Source: Phoronis australis (lineage: Eukaryota > Animalia > Phoronida). From it: 64,000 nt of DNA. The translations under genes were made by a program, and so were the position numbers. The notes under the pieces were generated by a model that searched no databases, had not been told where the DNA came from, and was given only the letters and a program-made list of their open reading frames with translations. Positions 13,301 through 28,300 of this stretch are shown here, piece after piece; positions within the stretch are counted from its first letter, which is position 1, and each line of letters begins with the position of its first letter. The stretch spans positions 563,846 to 627,845 of the forward strand of contig NMRA01000004.1 in NCBI GenBank assembly GCA_002633005.1, read 5' to 3'.

Positions 13301-16300
13301 CCTGTTCGGTATTAGCTTCTCCATGTCAAGTGCACCTCGCGTAAATGCGGTTATTGAGGGTCGTCGTCACTTGAGGATAATGAACTGAAGATAGAGAATA
13401 ATAACTGGATGCCTGACATTAATGAACTTTAAGTATCCAGGTTTATATTCTAGCTGAAATGTCGTCTTGCATTAAAATCTGATTGTGTACGCAGGTCAAA
13501 ACATGAACAAACATTAATTAACATCCTGAATAGGATTATTTAATTACCAGACCACAAGACGAAACATTGTACTGCTTCAAACACAAGCAGTGTCCTGCAT
13601 TTTGATTTTTAGTTACTGGTTATTTTTCCAGTGACGACAAATCAGAGGAATTGATGAGAATGTTTGCTTCAGTGTAGTTAGACTAAGTTAGCGTAATGGT
13701 CAACATTGAATCCATCATTGTTATATTGTCATCGTCTATCTAGAATTATGATAAATGTGGCAGGCTTCATCAGGACTGCTGTTTTGTTAGTGAAATTATG
13801 TCGTGAACTACAGTACAAGCCAAAAATGTTGTGACAAAATGACCCAGAATTCCCCCAACATGATGGCTGGGCGGAATTCATGGTCAGTTTAGTCTTCCCT
13901 CATGACCACGCATGATGGGGAATGAACAGGAAAGTTTGAAATGTGGCGAAACCAATCTTTAATTAGAATTTTGCCTTCCTAATAGTTGTTAACATTCATT
14001 TTTGCTGTACACAGAATTATCCATCATGAGGGAGAGACTTTATTTTGTTTGATTACTTTATTCTTGTATTGTACTAACTGTTACCGTATACAAATTGATT
14101 TTCTGGTGTCATACTTTTCAGTGTTAATCAAATACATTAGAAGCATGTGAGTAGTATTTTTTGCAGGATGAAACCAATTTCATTGCAATAGTGGCCATAA
14201 TTAAAGGTATTTTTTTTACAGAAGGCACAGGTTTATTGCCTCTTTCTTAAAATAAAATTCTCAGCTTTTCTCCAGAGGGCTTTCGAATTTTTTTTCCATG
14301 GCGATAAACTTCAAAGTGATTCATTTGCTTTTAAAGCTCAATAAATTAGTGGTACATAGAAGGTGCATTCAATACATTGCGTTGATTGATTAACTGAAGA
14401 TGCAAATTTGCAGAGCCAATTTTGATAATTAAGGAATGAGTCTGTATCCGTTGGGGTTAATGTCCTAACACGTTCAAAACGGCAATCTCAAAAATTGAAC
14501 AGCGGATGATGGGAGTCAAAGGGACATTATGGGTGTTGTGATTATTATTATTATTGGGTAAGATAGACTTCTTGAAGTTGTGAGCGTTGACCAGAGGTAT
14601 AAAACTGTAAAATGTGTTGTTGTTGTGTTAGTGTGATATTATTACAAATCACCAATTCTTGCCATTGCCTGCTAGACATTCGGGGAAATCAAGTCTAGCG
14701 TCATTACCATTTAAATACGCATAAAATATTCTGCAGTTTACCTTGTGAGATTTGGCACGGTGGCAGAACGGTCAGCTGCTACTGTGGATTTGGTTCATTT
14801 GATTCTACGCTACTATGAAGTTCTTTAAGTTTGGACTTTTCTGGCCAAGAATGTCCCTGTAAACTCAGTACATTAGAGCATCAGGGTTCAAAAATGTTTT
14901 TATTTATTATTTTCAAAATTAGAAGACAATGTTATTATAAACAAAGCCTTGAACCAGAATGGGTGAATTGAAGGGGTCTACAAATAGTTGGACTCTTGGA
15001 ATGGGGACCATCCACAGAGAAGGCAATGTTCTTCTCTCATGTACTGCAATGCTGCATGGCCATTCTCATTAATAGCATTCATTGCTCATGTGTACTGTTC
15101 TCTTCTCATGAGCTTTTTATTTTCTCATTATTTTTCCATTGTAAATTCTTTGATATTGAATCTTCAAATGTCCGTTTTCGTAATGTTCAAAAAGTATGTG
15201 TAGACAAAAGTGTGTGCATGTACGCTTTCAATTTCAGGAACTTAAATCATCAATTGAATGCCTATAAAAATAAGAAATGAATTTTGCAATTTGGCACTTG
15301 TATATGAGTAGTACAGAGGGTATTGACCTCAATAGATGGTCTGTGGAACCGATGTTATTTTTATCTGTTGTGAAGTGTATCAGAGATTTGAGAGTATCGA
15401 GATTTTGCAAAGTACCTTGACACATTTTGAATAGTCACCCGTTTTTACTTATTTCTTCCTGTTGCCATTCATTGTATTAGAAAGGAATTCATCCTTCTTC
15501 CGGTCATCCCCCACAGGCTGTGCGTTCTCTTTGTTGCCTTGTCTATCGGTTGTGACTCAGGTTATTAACTGGCTTTGACACACAATACAAAATATACTTC
15601 AGGGCAGAGCTTATTTCTCAGTACCTGTGAATAGTTTGAAAGAAACTGGTCATTAGTCATTCTAATATTAACCTTTTTTGAGTTCTGACCTTACATGTAC
15701 AATACAAAGTTTCAATCCGTCTGCAGGTGTTATTATCTACCTTTACAGATGGTTAAAATATCACTGTTTTTTATTTTAAGGTAGACTACCACTGTTGCCC
15801 AATTACTGATTAAAGTGATGCCTTCAACATTCAGCTAAGCTATATGGGTGTTAGTTTGACAGTTAAATTAAAAGCTTGTTGACATGTTGGGCGATTATAG
15901 ACCCTGCATTTTGGACTTCGCAAATTGCACCCAATGACTTCTACGTTATACCTCTCTTAATCTTTATTTACCATTAGCAAAACTGGAAATGTATGACAAA
16001 ATTGTGGAATTGAAACTGACTGTTGGAAGTATCTCAGAGATTTTTGTGTGCTAAATTTTCCAATCCCTGCTTCACGTATATCTAATGATGATACTGTACA
16101 AACTGGGAATCATACACCCGGAACCCTGAAACATCCGTGTGAACTCTGGAATCGTATCTGTGAACAAAAAATCATGCTTATGAACTGCAAAATCAGTTCG
16201 GAGCAAAAATCAAAATATGCTCATCAAGTCATTGGTACAAACTAACGATTAAAGAATGACGGAGATCTTGAGTTTCCAGTTGTTCATGCACGCGTATGAT

Positions 16301-19300
16301 GTTGTGGTTCATTCATAGGACTCAGTATTCAAGGGAATGATTCAGTAGGTCTGGCATCTGGTTGGTAGTGGGTAATAACAGTATGAGCAGCCTTGGGCTT
16401 TCTATGAAGATAATGATAGTCCCCTGTTGTGAAGTTATGTAAACGCTTAAACAACCATCACTGAAACCTGTAGGGCAAGTGTGAGGACAGAGGTTTCTGA
16501 TCTTTACTAGTATACCTGGGCTACAATCTAAAGACAGAAAACACTCCTTTTGGAACATAAATATTGAATTCCAATCCATAATTCGTCATACCAACCTGTC
16601 CCACCAATCACATTCATCATACCAACCTGTCCCACCAATCACATTCGTCATACCAACCTGTCCCACCAATCACATTCGTCCCACCAATCACTTCAGTGCT
16701 CTCCATTTTGGTAGTCTGTGCTTATGAGGTCCCAAGTACTACTGGTGAAACATTCTGTGTGATCATGCTTATGTTCAGATTTCTGGCATTGATGCAACAC
16801 ATCCCCAGTTTAATGCCATCAAACCCCACACATGTTGCTCCATTTGATGAGGAAACAAAACTTTGAAGTTATATATATCCAGTGCTGCAGTCAAGCAAGG
16901 CAAATTTTTGCACCCACTTCATATGTATAATCCAGGCTTTGGAAAAACATTCTTGCTTTATTTATTTTCGTTGCCCACACACTTAAGTCTGTATATCCAT
17001 ACCATTTACCGTCTATAAGTGTTTCAAGTTTTTTGTAGTGTTGGTTTTGTGTCAGAGGCTATAAGATGTGATCCGGCATTGTCAGTTGCCAATCATACTT
17101 TAGGTTACCTACATCATGAGGAAGACCAAAAGAGAAGCTTGCAATCGATTTTCAGATTTGTATTTACGCATTATGGTGGTGTAGACATTTTTTGCACTTA
17201 TGGTTAGCAGTTGCGGTTTCAGTCTTAGTTCAACACATGTGTGGATGTTTGTTCATTACACCTCTCTTTTCATTTCACTTGTCACTCCAATTCCAAGCCA
17301 TACCACTGGTTTACAGATGTGCTTTACAATTGTCTCAGGTATTGTGTGTAGTGTACATTGTTATGAACTGAGCACATTGAGCTGTATAGGATGTCTCCTG
17401 GTTTATCATGGTTCTAAAACTAGCAAAACTATACTGCTCAGGCATGAAAATAGACAACAGCCAGTCTTCAGACTGTCTTTGTATCATTGTGTCGTTAACC
17501 TGTATGGCGGTCCTCATGACATTTGTATGGTGTTGCAAGGTTTTACACGTCCATGGGTGTCCCACGAGCTTGTTATGATGGATCATAGCTCATTGTGAAT
17601 TGAGTATGATTGCTGCCAGTTTTGCTGTTGGTCGCCAAAATATATTACTTAAGTACATGGTTATAACATAACTGCCAAATACTGCGTACACCATCATTTT
17701 GTGAACAGATAACTTATGATTCAAACTTGGCAGGTGCCCTTCTGAAAAAACTATTTTGATGACATCATTCTATGCTTAGGAATAATATTCAGGCTTGATC
17801 CTTCATACAAAGTACGGGCCATAGCCAGTGTGAGTGGTAAAAATGTGCTCCCGTGCATGACACGCCAAATGGCTCAGGCACTATTGATCAGTTTCAGTTA
17901 CGGTGTCATACTTCTTCAGATATTTTACTCAACAATTTTCAAAATTGTCATTGTATTTTTCATGGACTGACTACAGTGTTACTGTGTTGAAATATTGATA
18001 TATAGATGTTGTTTGATTTCGTCTTTACAGTGCAAACTGTATTTTGTAAAAATTTTCTAAGTCTGGTTAGCATGCCACCTGTGGCCATATTTATATATTT
18101 ATATATAAACTATACTTTCATGATTGAAAAAAAATTAAAATGGTCGTTTGTGTTAGGAAATTTGCCAGCAGTTAAGATCCATTTGTCAGTCACATTGTGT
18201 TCTATGGTAATTAGGTTGAGGAATTACCATGTTCTGTTTGCCTTGTTCACTTGTTGGTCTTTCGGTTCCAATAATTTGTTAGATTGAGTTGATTAGAGTT
18301 TTGACTGCTCTGTCTCACACCTATTTCTACCTTCCACTTCCTTCAATATTGTCTCACCTATTGGGTAATACTGCATGGTTGAATAACCATTGCCATATTA
18401 TACTGTGATAAAAGACTGCCCAGTAATGATTTGTGTTAACAAGCTTGTGTAAGCTCATCTTGGAATTGACCTGGTCAAAGTTTGGTTATCACTGGTTAAG
18501 TAATCCGTTTTCACAGCAGACCTTACTTTAAGTGTGCTGCATTCATTTTGTAGACTCAAGACAATCATTGATTGTGAGAAAAGCTTAATGTCATCATGTG
18601 CTTCACTTGTAGTGCGTAGCATTTTCTCATGAAGATTTACATGATCTTGTGTTATCACAAATTTGTTGGTAAAATTTGTTGGTATGTCATAACACAGGGC
18701 ATGTGATTCTTTCAACTGCAATTTAGTATCATATTTGTGTTCTCCTGTGGGTGTTTAATTTGGGGGAATCTAAATCGGAGGGTAGACGTTCAGCCAAGAG
18801 TCGGGCACTTACATGGACGGGCAATTTGGTTAATGTCCAGAGAGCTACATAGATGCTAGACTTTGTGTGGAAGAATCAAATAAAACATCAATGAATCAGT
18901 AGACAACGTGGTTAGGGTTTTATCCCTTGTCCNNNNNNNNNNNNNNNNNNNNNNNNTAATCGGGGGGGGGGGGTAAGCTGAGCAATTGTCATTATAGTTT
19001 TAAATGTCCCAGCAGATGTAGTTAAGAGTTACTCTGTCCCTTGTTGAATAGATTAGCTTTTGAAATAACTGATAAACATTTCCATGAAAGTGTAAAAATC
19101 GATTATCCTAAAGATTGGCCTAAACATACATCCATTGTGATGTGAAGTTGGTATTTCTCTGTAACACAACAATACATGCATGAGATCTCACAACCAGACA
19201 TCGTGGGTGGTACAGTACTTCACAGATCAATGCACAAAAAGTGTTGGTTTTCCAAAGGTTAATTTCGTAGGAAGTTTGCGGTGCTCAGCAACTTGTGTTG

Positions 19301-22300
19301 TGGCAAATCTTGCAATCTAGCTTTAAAGGCCATTCCTATTGGTTCCGAAACTTCAGTGTTGCCGCCTGCCTGCGTTTCCTGGTGGTAAATGGTTACTATT
19401 TGTTAATAATTTGCTCTAATAATTATTGTTTTGGTGATATAAGCATTCCGTTTCAATTTATCAACGTAATTGGTCGATTGTTTATATTAAAAAATCTCTG
19501 AACGTGTAGAGTATGCAAAATGAGTTCCCACCATGCCATTCCACCTTTGTTTGGATCAGCTGTGAACCTGTGCAAGAGTCAATTTTTTAATATGTCATTT
19601 TCTGGTCGTCATCGTCCCAACGTGGCATCCGTTGGCTGCCTTGTGAAGTTGACTTTCTAGTTTCCATCTGGGGAGAGGGAGAGGTCATTGCCATTTTTTA
19701 TGGCGAGTGCCGTCAAAAACAGTGCCTCCTTGTGATAACCCCTAAAGCTTAACTTCGCTGTTAACGACAGTTAACATCGAAGCTTCAGTAGTAGTGAAGT
19801 TAACTGCATGGGAAAGGGCCTTTAAATGTTCTTCTTAATCATCAGAGCCTGCTCTGCATTCAGCCCTGTAATTACACCACAGAGATTGCATAACTGTGTT
19901 TATTGTCTGCACTCATTATTACTACAGTGGTAATTATAGTGCCCTTTACACTTACAAAGTTTGCAGGGATCAGCCCACACAGAACCAGTTGTTCCAGTGT
20001 ACCGGTATAAATGGACTGACACGGAGCAAATTGACACCGCGGTGATAAATTTTAGCCACCTGTTTTTGAGGTAGAGCAATTTGCGCCCGACCATCTTGCG
20101 CCGTGTCAATTATAAGTCTAAACGTGAAACTGGAGCAAGGCAGAAAGGATCATCTCTACTGCGCTTGTGCAATGACCTTCATAGGGGTTCTTTGTCTCTG
20201 CAACTCCCGTCATTTGTAAACCTGCGCATGTGCGATCCAGTGTCTCCAGCCTGCAATTTCCGTCTTGCCACAGTTAGTGAGTTGTGTGCGTAAACGGCCG
20301 CTTGACATGGGTCAGTTTGCTTCGTGTCAGTTGCACCGGGCCAAAAGTTGATGTCTAAACGATGTGCAATTGAGTTGAACTTTACTGGTCTTGTGGTAAC
20401 TTGATAGTACCTAAAAATCCCAGGTCGCCACGAAATTGTCACACCACATCCAAGTTCCCACTCAAAATACAACCCAAGAGGGGGAAATGGGGAAAAATTG
20501 GTCGTTACCGTGTACATGGAACTAGGTAATTTTCCGCTTGAGCAAAAAAATGTCATCCGGCGATCTCTGGCACATTCTACAGTAGGTATTTCCTGCATTC
20601 GCCAGCTTTTCAGTTCAGTCATTTCATTTTCATCTCTTGTCAACAATGTTTGGCGACCTCTAGTTTCCATTTGGCAACTAGGGAATTTTCCTTGGTCTCA
20701 TCTGGCAAGTTGACGTTATGCTTAGTATGGAGCCCAGCACCTGTACATACCGTATGTAACTTAGCAACCACCTGGCTAGTAATTTGCTTCACTCTAGTCT
20801 TTAGCTCCACATCCATAATGTGACTTGCACTGGCATGTCCAGTTACCCCATTGTAAATAGCGTCCACACTACAACTTAGGCTAGTGACAATTGATTCCTG
20901 GGTCAACTCCACCTAGGGTAACTCGTAGTGGGGACGGCATTTTAAATGAGCGATCACGATCACGTGTATGTAGTACACTCCATGCAATGATGAGCACTTT
21001 TCTTCAGAATTTTTTTTTCTTGTGTTGAGGTGGGATTTGAACTAGTGTAGTCGAGAAAATTGGGAATAATTTCTCAACTTTCTCTCCATCAGTTTAGAGG
21101 TATTAAAAATGCCATTATGTGTGAATTGAATGACCTCATAAAAGCTTTTGACTTGGTGTTTACGTTACTTTTTTTAGATCATTTCTGTTTTCATTTGTCG
21201 TTAAAATGAAAAGTTGGTTTTCTCGCTATATATAGGTTGTACTGTAGATTTTACTGGGACCACAACTGATAAGCTAACTACACTTTCCAGGCACATATTG
21301 TTCAGTGGTCATGTGGTTATACTTGTGATAATTGTAATTAATCTTGAAAAAAATATGTCGCGGTGATGGGTGTTGTCAGACAAAAGGAAGTAGTGTGAAG
21401 AGAAAGGGAACAAACATTAATTCAAATTCGGGGTGTCAATTTCCCACTCAGACCAGTTGACCTGGTAAAAAGTCCTCAGTCTTATCAGTGGAAATGAATT
21501 CATTTTCGGAGCTCTGAGGAATGTGATGACTAACTGCCTAGGTGGCCTCAAACATCAAAGGAGGAGCGTTTTGCATAAACCCTAATTTGGCATGCGGGCT
21601 ACATTTTTGGCCCCTCCTTAAACCTGCCGATTTCAACATGATTTTTTAAGTTGAGATTTCTATAGATTCAATTTTGTGGTTGTCTGAGAATATGCGTGTC
21701 TTATTTCATTGACTATTATTTTATGTACCAGTATGAGTAATGCAGGTTGATCTCAGTAAGTTGGTTGTATTATAGCTCTATCTATTGTCACACAATGCAT
21801 TATGAAACTTCAGGAACTATTCAATACAAAATAAATAAAACCATTGCTGGTTCAAAGTTCTTGGTAATGTCTGACTGTTACCAAGAATGACAAAGTGTTC
21901 CTGGTGCAGATCTTTGTTAAAATCTCACCAGTTTATAACACCATATAGGGGATGTAGCATCAAGCAAATGTTTTATCATTTTAAGGCTCTGTACCGTAGC
22001 TAGTGTTTGGCAATATTTTGAGAGGCTGAAAGCATTCACAGGAACTTTGAAAGCCTTTAATTAATGAAAAAAGGTCGATCTCGGATGCTGCTGTTGTCTG
22101 AAATTGGTTTGATTTTCTTTAGTTTTTACAGTTCAATATCATTTGTACCATCAGACTTTTAAAGAAATCGTTGCCGTTCTTAACAATTTGTCAAGGTATA
22201 GTCACTACAATGTTTGAAGCCTCAATTTGCTATTGTTTTTGTATTAAGTTGGTGAGATGTCACCATTACTCTAAATTTCAGTCCCAACAGCTCATCTTGT

Positions 22301-25300
22301 AATAGTTTAGAGTTGCCATGGCATTGTTTGGTTTGGTGATGAAAATTCTGAGTTGCTGGAATAGGTAAAATCTCACTGAGGAATTTTCATGCTTTTTGCT
22401 CGAAGTTGAAATCAAAAGATTTCTTAATTGTTTTCTATCTTTAGTTAACTGTATAAGATACTAACGGTTCTGGATCAAAATTGAAAGTTTTGATATCGTG
22501 TTTTAGTAAAGTTGTAACCATTTGTAATATTGTCTTGTGTCCATTCTGGTTAATGCTTATAAGTTGCTGACCACTCACTGACCACTCACACATGAATTTT
22601 CATCCATTTCACATTTTGAAACCTTTCTTCTGTCGTACTCGGCATAACACCTACCCTATTATTGTCAAGATTTTCTATTTAAAGCAACATTTAAAATTTT
22701 CAGATTTCATAGACACTTATTCGGTTAAAAATAGAATTATTGTATTGTGTTCTGTAATCCTGTGACTAAAGATTGGTCTTATTTACCTGCTGCAAAATCT
22801 CAACAATTTCGGACAAAGACATTTGCCACAGTTGCCCTTTTGTCATTTTTTAAGGGTTTGTAACGCTGTTGTGAATGCCTAAAGCTCTTCAAAATATTGT
22901 TTGGTGGTTGCTATGGTACAAAACGTGAAGTAAGAAAAGTAGGCCTATTAATTTGATGCTGTGTTTCACTTATGAAAAAATGAGCACAGAAAATTGGTAT
23001 CCTTAATTGTTGACCTTTCATTGTAATAGTCCCTACTTTTTAGGTTGAAAATTAGCTGTTACTATACTTTTTTAACTATATGTTAATCATAATGCTTTTG
23101 TCTCTTGTAGTGCAGCTGTTGCTCTTGGTTTTTATGGGAACGAAGATGTCTCCAAAGGCATAGTGAAACTGACGACGGCAGCAGAGTCAGTCGATGATAG
23201 TGTTTCAAACATACAGGATCACGTGAGTTGATATCTTGCAACAAGGTCTTCATGATATCGAGAATGAATGGAAGTTAAACATTTCATTTATATTGTTAGC
23301 AGGCATTGTGACGATTCCGTCTTCGTTATGAGCCGCCCAATGTATTAAAATGGTATAAATAATTCAATGTTTTGGCTTTTTATTTACGTTTGACTTATAA
23401 TGCCATAAATGTTCTGAAAAACTGCAAGAGTTCCTAACGGCACAGTTCAAGAATTCAAAAGTGCATTTTTCCAGCAAGTATGAGTAAAATGTATAATATT
23501 TTTACCAAGAATTGACCTTGAAATGTCTCTCACTTTATGATTCTTTGTAAACGTTTCAATTTCATTCATTTGAAATTATATCTTTGTCACTTCCATCACA
23601 GGTTTATGACCTCGAAAAACAACTGCGATCAATTATAACTGTCAAAGTGAAAGACCTCAAGATAGTATTAAACAGCGCTGTTATTAACAGCACAGTTCGT
23701 CCAGTGATTGATGATTACCTAGACAAAGTTGAGGAGAAAACATCAGAAGCGATTAAAGCCATTGATAATGCTGACAACCCGGTGAAGAACGTCACTTTAA
23801 AGAAATACATTAAGTATGTCCAGACAGGAGACCATTATAGGTAAGCAGGGGTTTGTGGAAAAGGTGGAATGCAAGAATTTGAAAAATACTGCAAAAGCGA
23901 TCGTGGCATTGTAAGGTAGTAGTATTCGCAATAATTGTCCTAGTTAGTTATGTGCCAGGTTAGCGAAGGTTTCGAGATAAAGTAGTAAGGTTGAATGACT
24001 CAAGGGTCATTGGACAGGCTTTGAACTCGGGATTGGGTCCTATCGGACTGTGGTGATACTTAGTAATAACACAAAAAATGTAAAAATAGTATGAACTGAC
24101 CAATTGTGAAACATAAGTAAGAACTTTTGGGTGGTGTCGGTATACGATGCACTTTTTTGAAGAAGTTGTTGGTTTTCGCCTGTCCCTGAAAACGAGTTTG
24201 GTGTAATTGGGTCTTTTCTCGGGTGTGCAAGTTTTCAAGGCCTCGTTGCTCAAATTTGCAAAGGTCACCCATGTTAAACTATATCCTAATAATTGTCGTT
24301 TTCTTGGACCTGTTATAAAGCTCAAATTAACAGACAACTTTTTTGAGAAGAAAGCAATGAAATAATAATTTCACTGTAATATTTATATTGTACAGTATTC
24401 TTTGGATGCCGAAATGCGAAAAGCTTTACTTTAAGGCCTTAAAAAGCATAGTTGGTTCCGGTCTTTGTTTTGAAAATCAAGTCGGTGGTGCGATATTTTT
24501 ATTGCCTTTTTTAAAAAAAGAAAATTCACCTGAGACGAACAAAAATAATGCGAGATTTGTTTTTACAAAATCACGGCTTTTCAAAAAACACGAGACCTTT
24601 CCTAAATCGATGCAGACGGATGTTTACAGCATTGTGGGTAAATAGAGTGAGATTCGAGTATTGCTGCGTAATCCGTGATGGCCCTATATGAACGCTGAAG
24701 TTTTTCAAACATAAGAATACTGAGGTGCATTCCGTAAACCATGCAAGACCACACAAAATCAAGCAAGTGTAAAGCGAGTGTTTTAAGAGTGTGCTCTAGA
24801 CCTGTCTAGCCTAACCTTGCAAAGTAGTGGCTGCTAACGTGATTGGTCAGTGAGGTTGGAATCTTAAGGGTAGGATACAGTTTGTGAGTTATGTGTAGTT
24901 ATTCCATTGGGTAAGGAAAGACTTCTTGCCACAAGTGCAGAGTTGATGCCTTGGGTCGACGGTGCAGCCCAGTATTTAGTGGTCAACTGTTTAGTGAGTT
25001 GAAATATTTTACCTCTAAATTTTTTTATGTTATTTCTACCTGGGAGTAATATGTTCCTAGATTTCTGCCTCTGTCAATTTGCTGTGCACACTATTCATTT
25101 TACACCGATAGGAGTACTACAATCTAACCAGTTTATGATAAAGAATGAACTTAAACGGTACTTTTTGGTATCATTTTACGGTTCATGATTATGCACGTCA
25201 TTATAATTTTCCCACGATCTCTATGGATTTTGATGATATTGTTTGATTACTTTTCAGGTGGATTGGTACAATAGTTGTTTGTAGCTGGACTCTGGCCGTT

Positions 25301-28300
25301 TGCTTACTGTGGTTCATTGCCATCGGAAAAGCTTCAAAGGGACTATTGTTTATGTACGTAGCCATTGCCTTGTTTTCTCACCAACATATATTATAATAGT
25401 TAATATCCAAATATACCAGAGTTTACTGTAGACAGGCCCTTGTTTAGATATGCCACGAAAATTTTTCACACATATGTACTTTTGGGGGAAGAGTATGCAT
25501 CTTAAATCGTAAAACTTTTCTCAGTTTCATAGGATATATACATTCACAATGTTGTTTTCTTTCTTGTTCTCAATTTCCACTCCAACAACTAGACTCCCAA
25601 GGGTATAGTCGTAACTTCCAAATATATACCCAGGCATATATTTGGTTTTTACTTTTGATCCCAAAACTGATTTTTTCAGATTCCGTCCTGCGTTTGTGTA
25701 CAAAATTTTCTTGTGTGAACATGCTTTACATACATAACATGCCAAAACCTGTTATTTATTAAGTAGTGAAACAACCTTTGGAGGGCATATACAGGTACAC
25801 TTGGTGTCAGCTTGTACCTTATTCAAATTGAGCAACCCTAGGATTGTGTCAGAATTAGGGTAACTTTGAAACACTGTCCACATTTGTGTGCAACTGTCAG
25901 GTATTGTTTTCTGAAGTGTTGATAGGAAAAGAAAATTGATGGGTACTTCTATGATTTTCACTGAAATGCCATTTTCGTAAATGGCTTAACTAAGTGAAAA
26001 CCAAAATGTAATTTACTTTCAAGTTTTCACTTGCAAATAGTATTTTTACCGTGGGTAGCCCTGCAAATAATGTATCAGCACATGCTGTTATCAGCAGGTG
26101 TCGCTGTCAATAAGTTCCAGAGTTAAACAGTCACACTGCATTGAAGCATCTAGACATGGTAGATAATTGATCTATCTGTAACTGAAACCAAGCGGAAGAT
26201 TTTTGTAATGGGTGAACTGTGGATGTCAACTTTTTATAAAAGTGGGGCATTGTGTTAATGCTATGTTACACCACAGTTGAATTTTCAATTTATTTAACTG
26301 CAAGAGTAAATTTTGTTATTAGAATCATTTTGGTTTGTGAGTCAAACCGTCCCACCTCCACTCCAATGGTCTTGGTTGTTGACTGGATTTTTCATTTTGC
26401 CTTTGCTTCATAGAAAGCCTTCACAACTTGAAATGTCGCAGTAACACAGCCAAATTTGAATTTTCAGGTGTGCTGTACTGGGCATGCTGACGTTGACATT
26501 TTCTTGGACAGCTGCAGGTATTCACAGTGGCGCATCTGTGGTAAGCACTGTCTCAAAATTATCTATATTGAGGTGATTGAATGGCACACTGGCTTTGAGC
26601 TCTAGACTTATGTTTGAGATACCCTGGCACAAATGTTGGCTGTGCTGGCATATAAATGAGCGTATGCACAATGTGTCGTGCTCCTTTGGGGCTGGATCTG
26701 AGCAGCAGATTGGTGCAAGGTAGTGAATGAGAACCTGCCGGGTGCGTTTTGAAGAGTGAATTTCTTTCTAGGAAAGCGAGATTACGCAAAACCACGCAAA
26801 GTGGCACCAGTGAAAGAAGAATGTTTGGTGAATAAGGAAACGCTAGCAAAATGACCACAATTCAAAATGATCTCCACTGAAATGACTGATCAGAGAGGTT
26901 GAAATCTTGAATTATGGGGCTAAGGTGAAAGTAAAAACATTTTCACATCTATAGCCGCAAATACTTTGCGAGTATTTTGCATCTTTGAGACACATCCTAG
27001 GATATAGTGGGAAAATGATTTATGGGGGCTTGGCATCACCTTGTTTATTTCACTCCTGGCTATAGTCACTTATAGGGGCTCTGGAATTTGAGAACCAGTT
27101 TGATGCCTGTCATTCAGTGGAGAAAACTTGTTCTCAAAATGTGGTACTCCTGTAAGAGACTAATACCTCACGTCTGATATAGTGTCTTATACAGGTGTTT
27201 GATGATAGTTCTATGGATGTTTAACAGGTGAAATGTTTCTGCTGTAGGGTATTGGAGACTTTTGTGTTGATCCTAATGGTTTTATAAAGGAGGAAGCTGC
27301 CAAACAAAACCTTATGGAAAGAGGTACGTTTTGTATTTAAATCGGTGTTATATGATGATACATTGTTTGAACTGGGTCACGGAATGCTCAGAAAGTGATG
27401 AGAATCATTACTGTTGCGTAGAAGTAATGATAGTTCTTGTCTAAAAGAAAGTTTGTGAAGCGGTCAACTTGGAATGTAAAGAATGGCGATTCACAACAGT
27501 CGCATGAATACAGCAAATGTTGTGATTGGTCAGTGGTGTGACAATTATTTTAAATTTCGAATGTATAGTACAAGCCAAAGGTATTCAGACAAAATGACCA
27601 GGAATTCCACGTCATGACGACTAGGTGGAAGCTAAAACCATCGCCAGCGTAGTCTTACTTCAAGACCGAGGTAGAAGGGAATTAACAGGAAAGTTAGTAA
27701 CGTGACTATTAATTCGCCTCGTAGTTATTACCAGTCATTTTTGCAGTTTACAGAATTAGCGGTCATGATAGGAGTATAACATTTTGTCTGATTACATTTT
27801 TCTTGCACCATATTATTCACCATAGGTGTTGAACTTGCTGTAGTGAATGTGTCACACACATACCTGTTCTCTGCTTCCCTTTTACATAATTAGTACACTT
27901 TTGTGTTGTTTTATACCACAATGTCACTAGATGATAATGTTGTGCTTTTGGGGTGATTGTTACGATATTTTGCTGCAGTTGTAATGGCAATTCATTTTAA
28001 CAAGTGCCAGTCTCTATTACATTTGGCCCACTTAGTATATGGTGAAGTGTCTGTCATTGGAACCACAATGAAATTGTTAGCCGCGTTTTTTTCCCAAAGT
28101 TGCCGTGAGAAGATTAAAAAGATGTTGTGTGTTCAGTGACTGAGTACCATGTTGTCTTTCAGCTGTTCTGGAGTATTACATGGCTTGCAATGGAACTGCA
28201 GCACCATTTAACAAGGGCATAGAAGCCGGGAGATCAGAGCTGCATGCAGTTAACGATATGGTGACGATGATCAATGAAATAGCTTTACCATTCGTTGGAA

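Noticed and set aside
16581-16692. 31-bp repeats as a CRISPR array
   Set aside because: Head-to-tail copies without unique spacers, in a eukaryotic intron.
20081-20912. 163-aa and neighbouring ORFs in a GC-richer intronic block
   Set aside because: No family motifs; likely the interior of an old DNA element whose ends I could not define.
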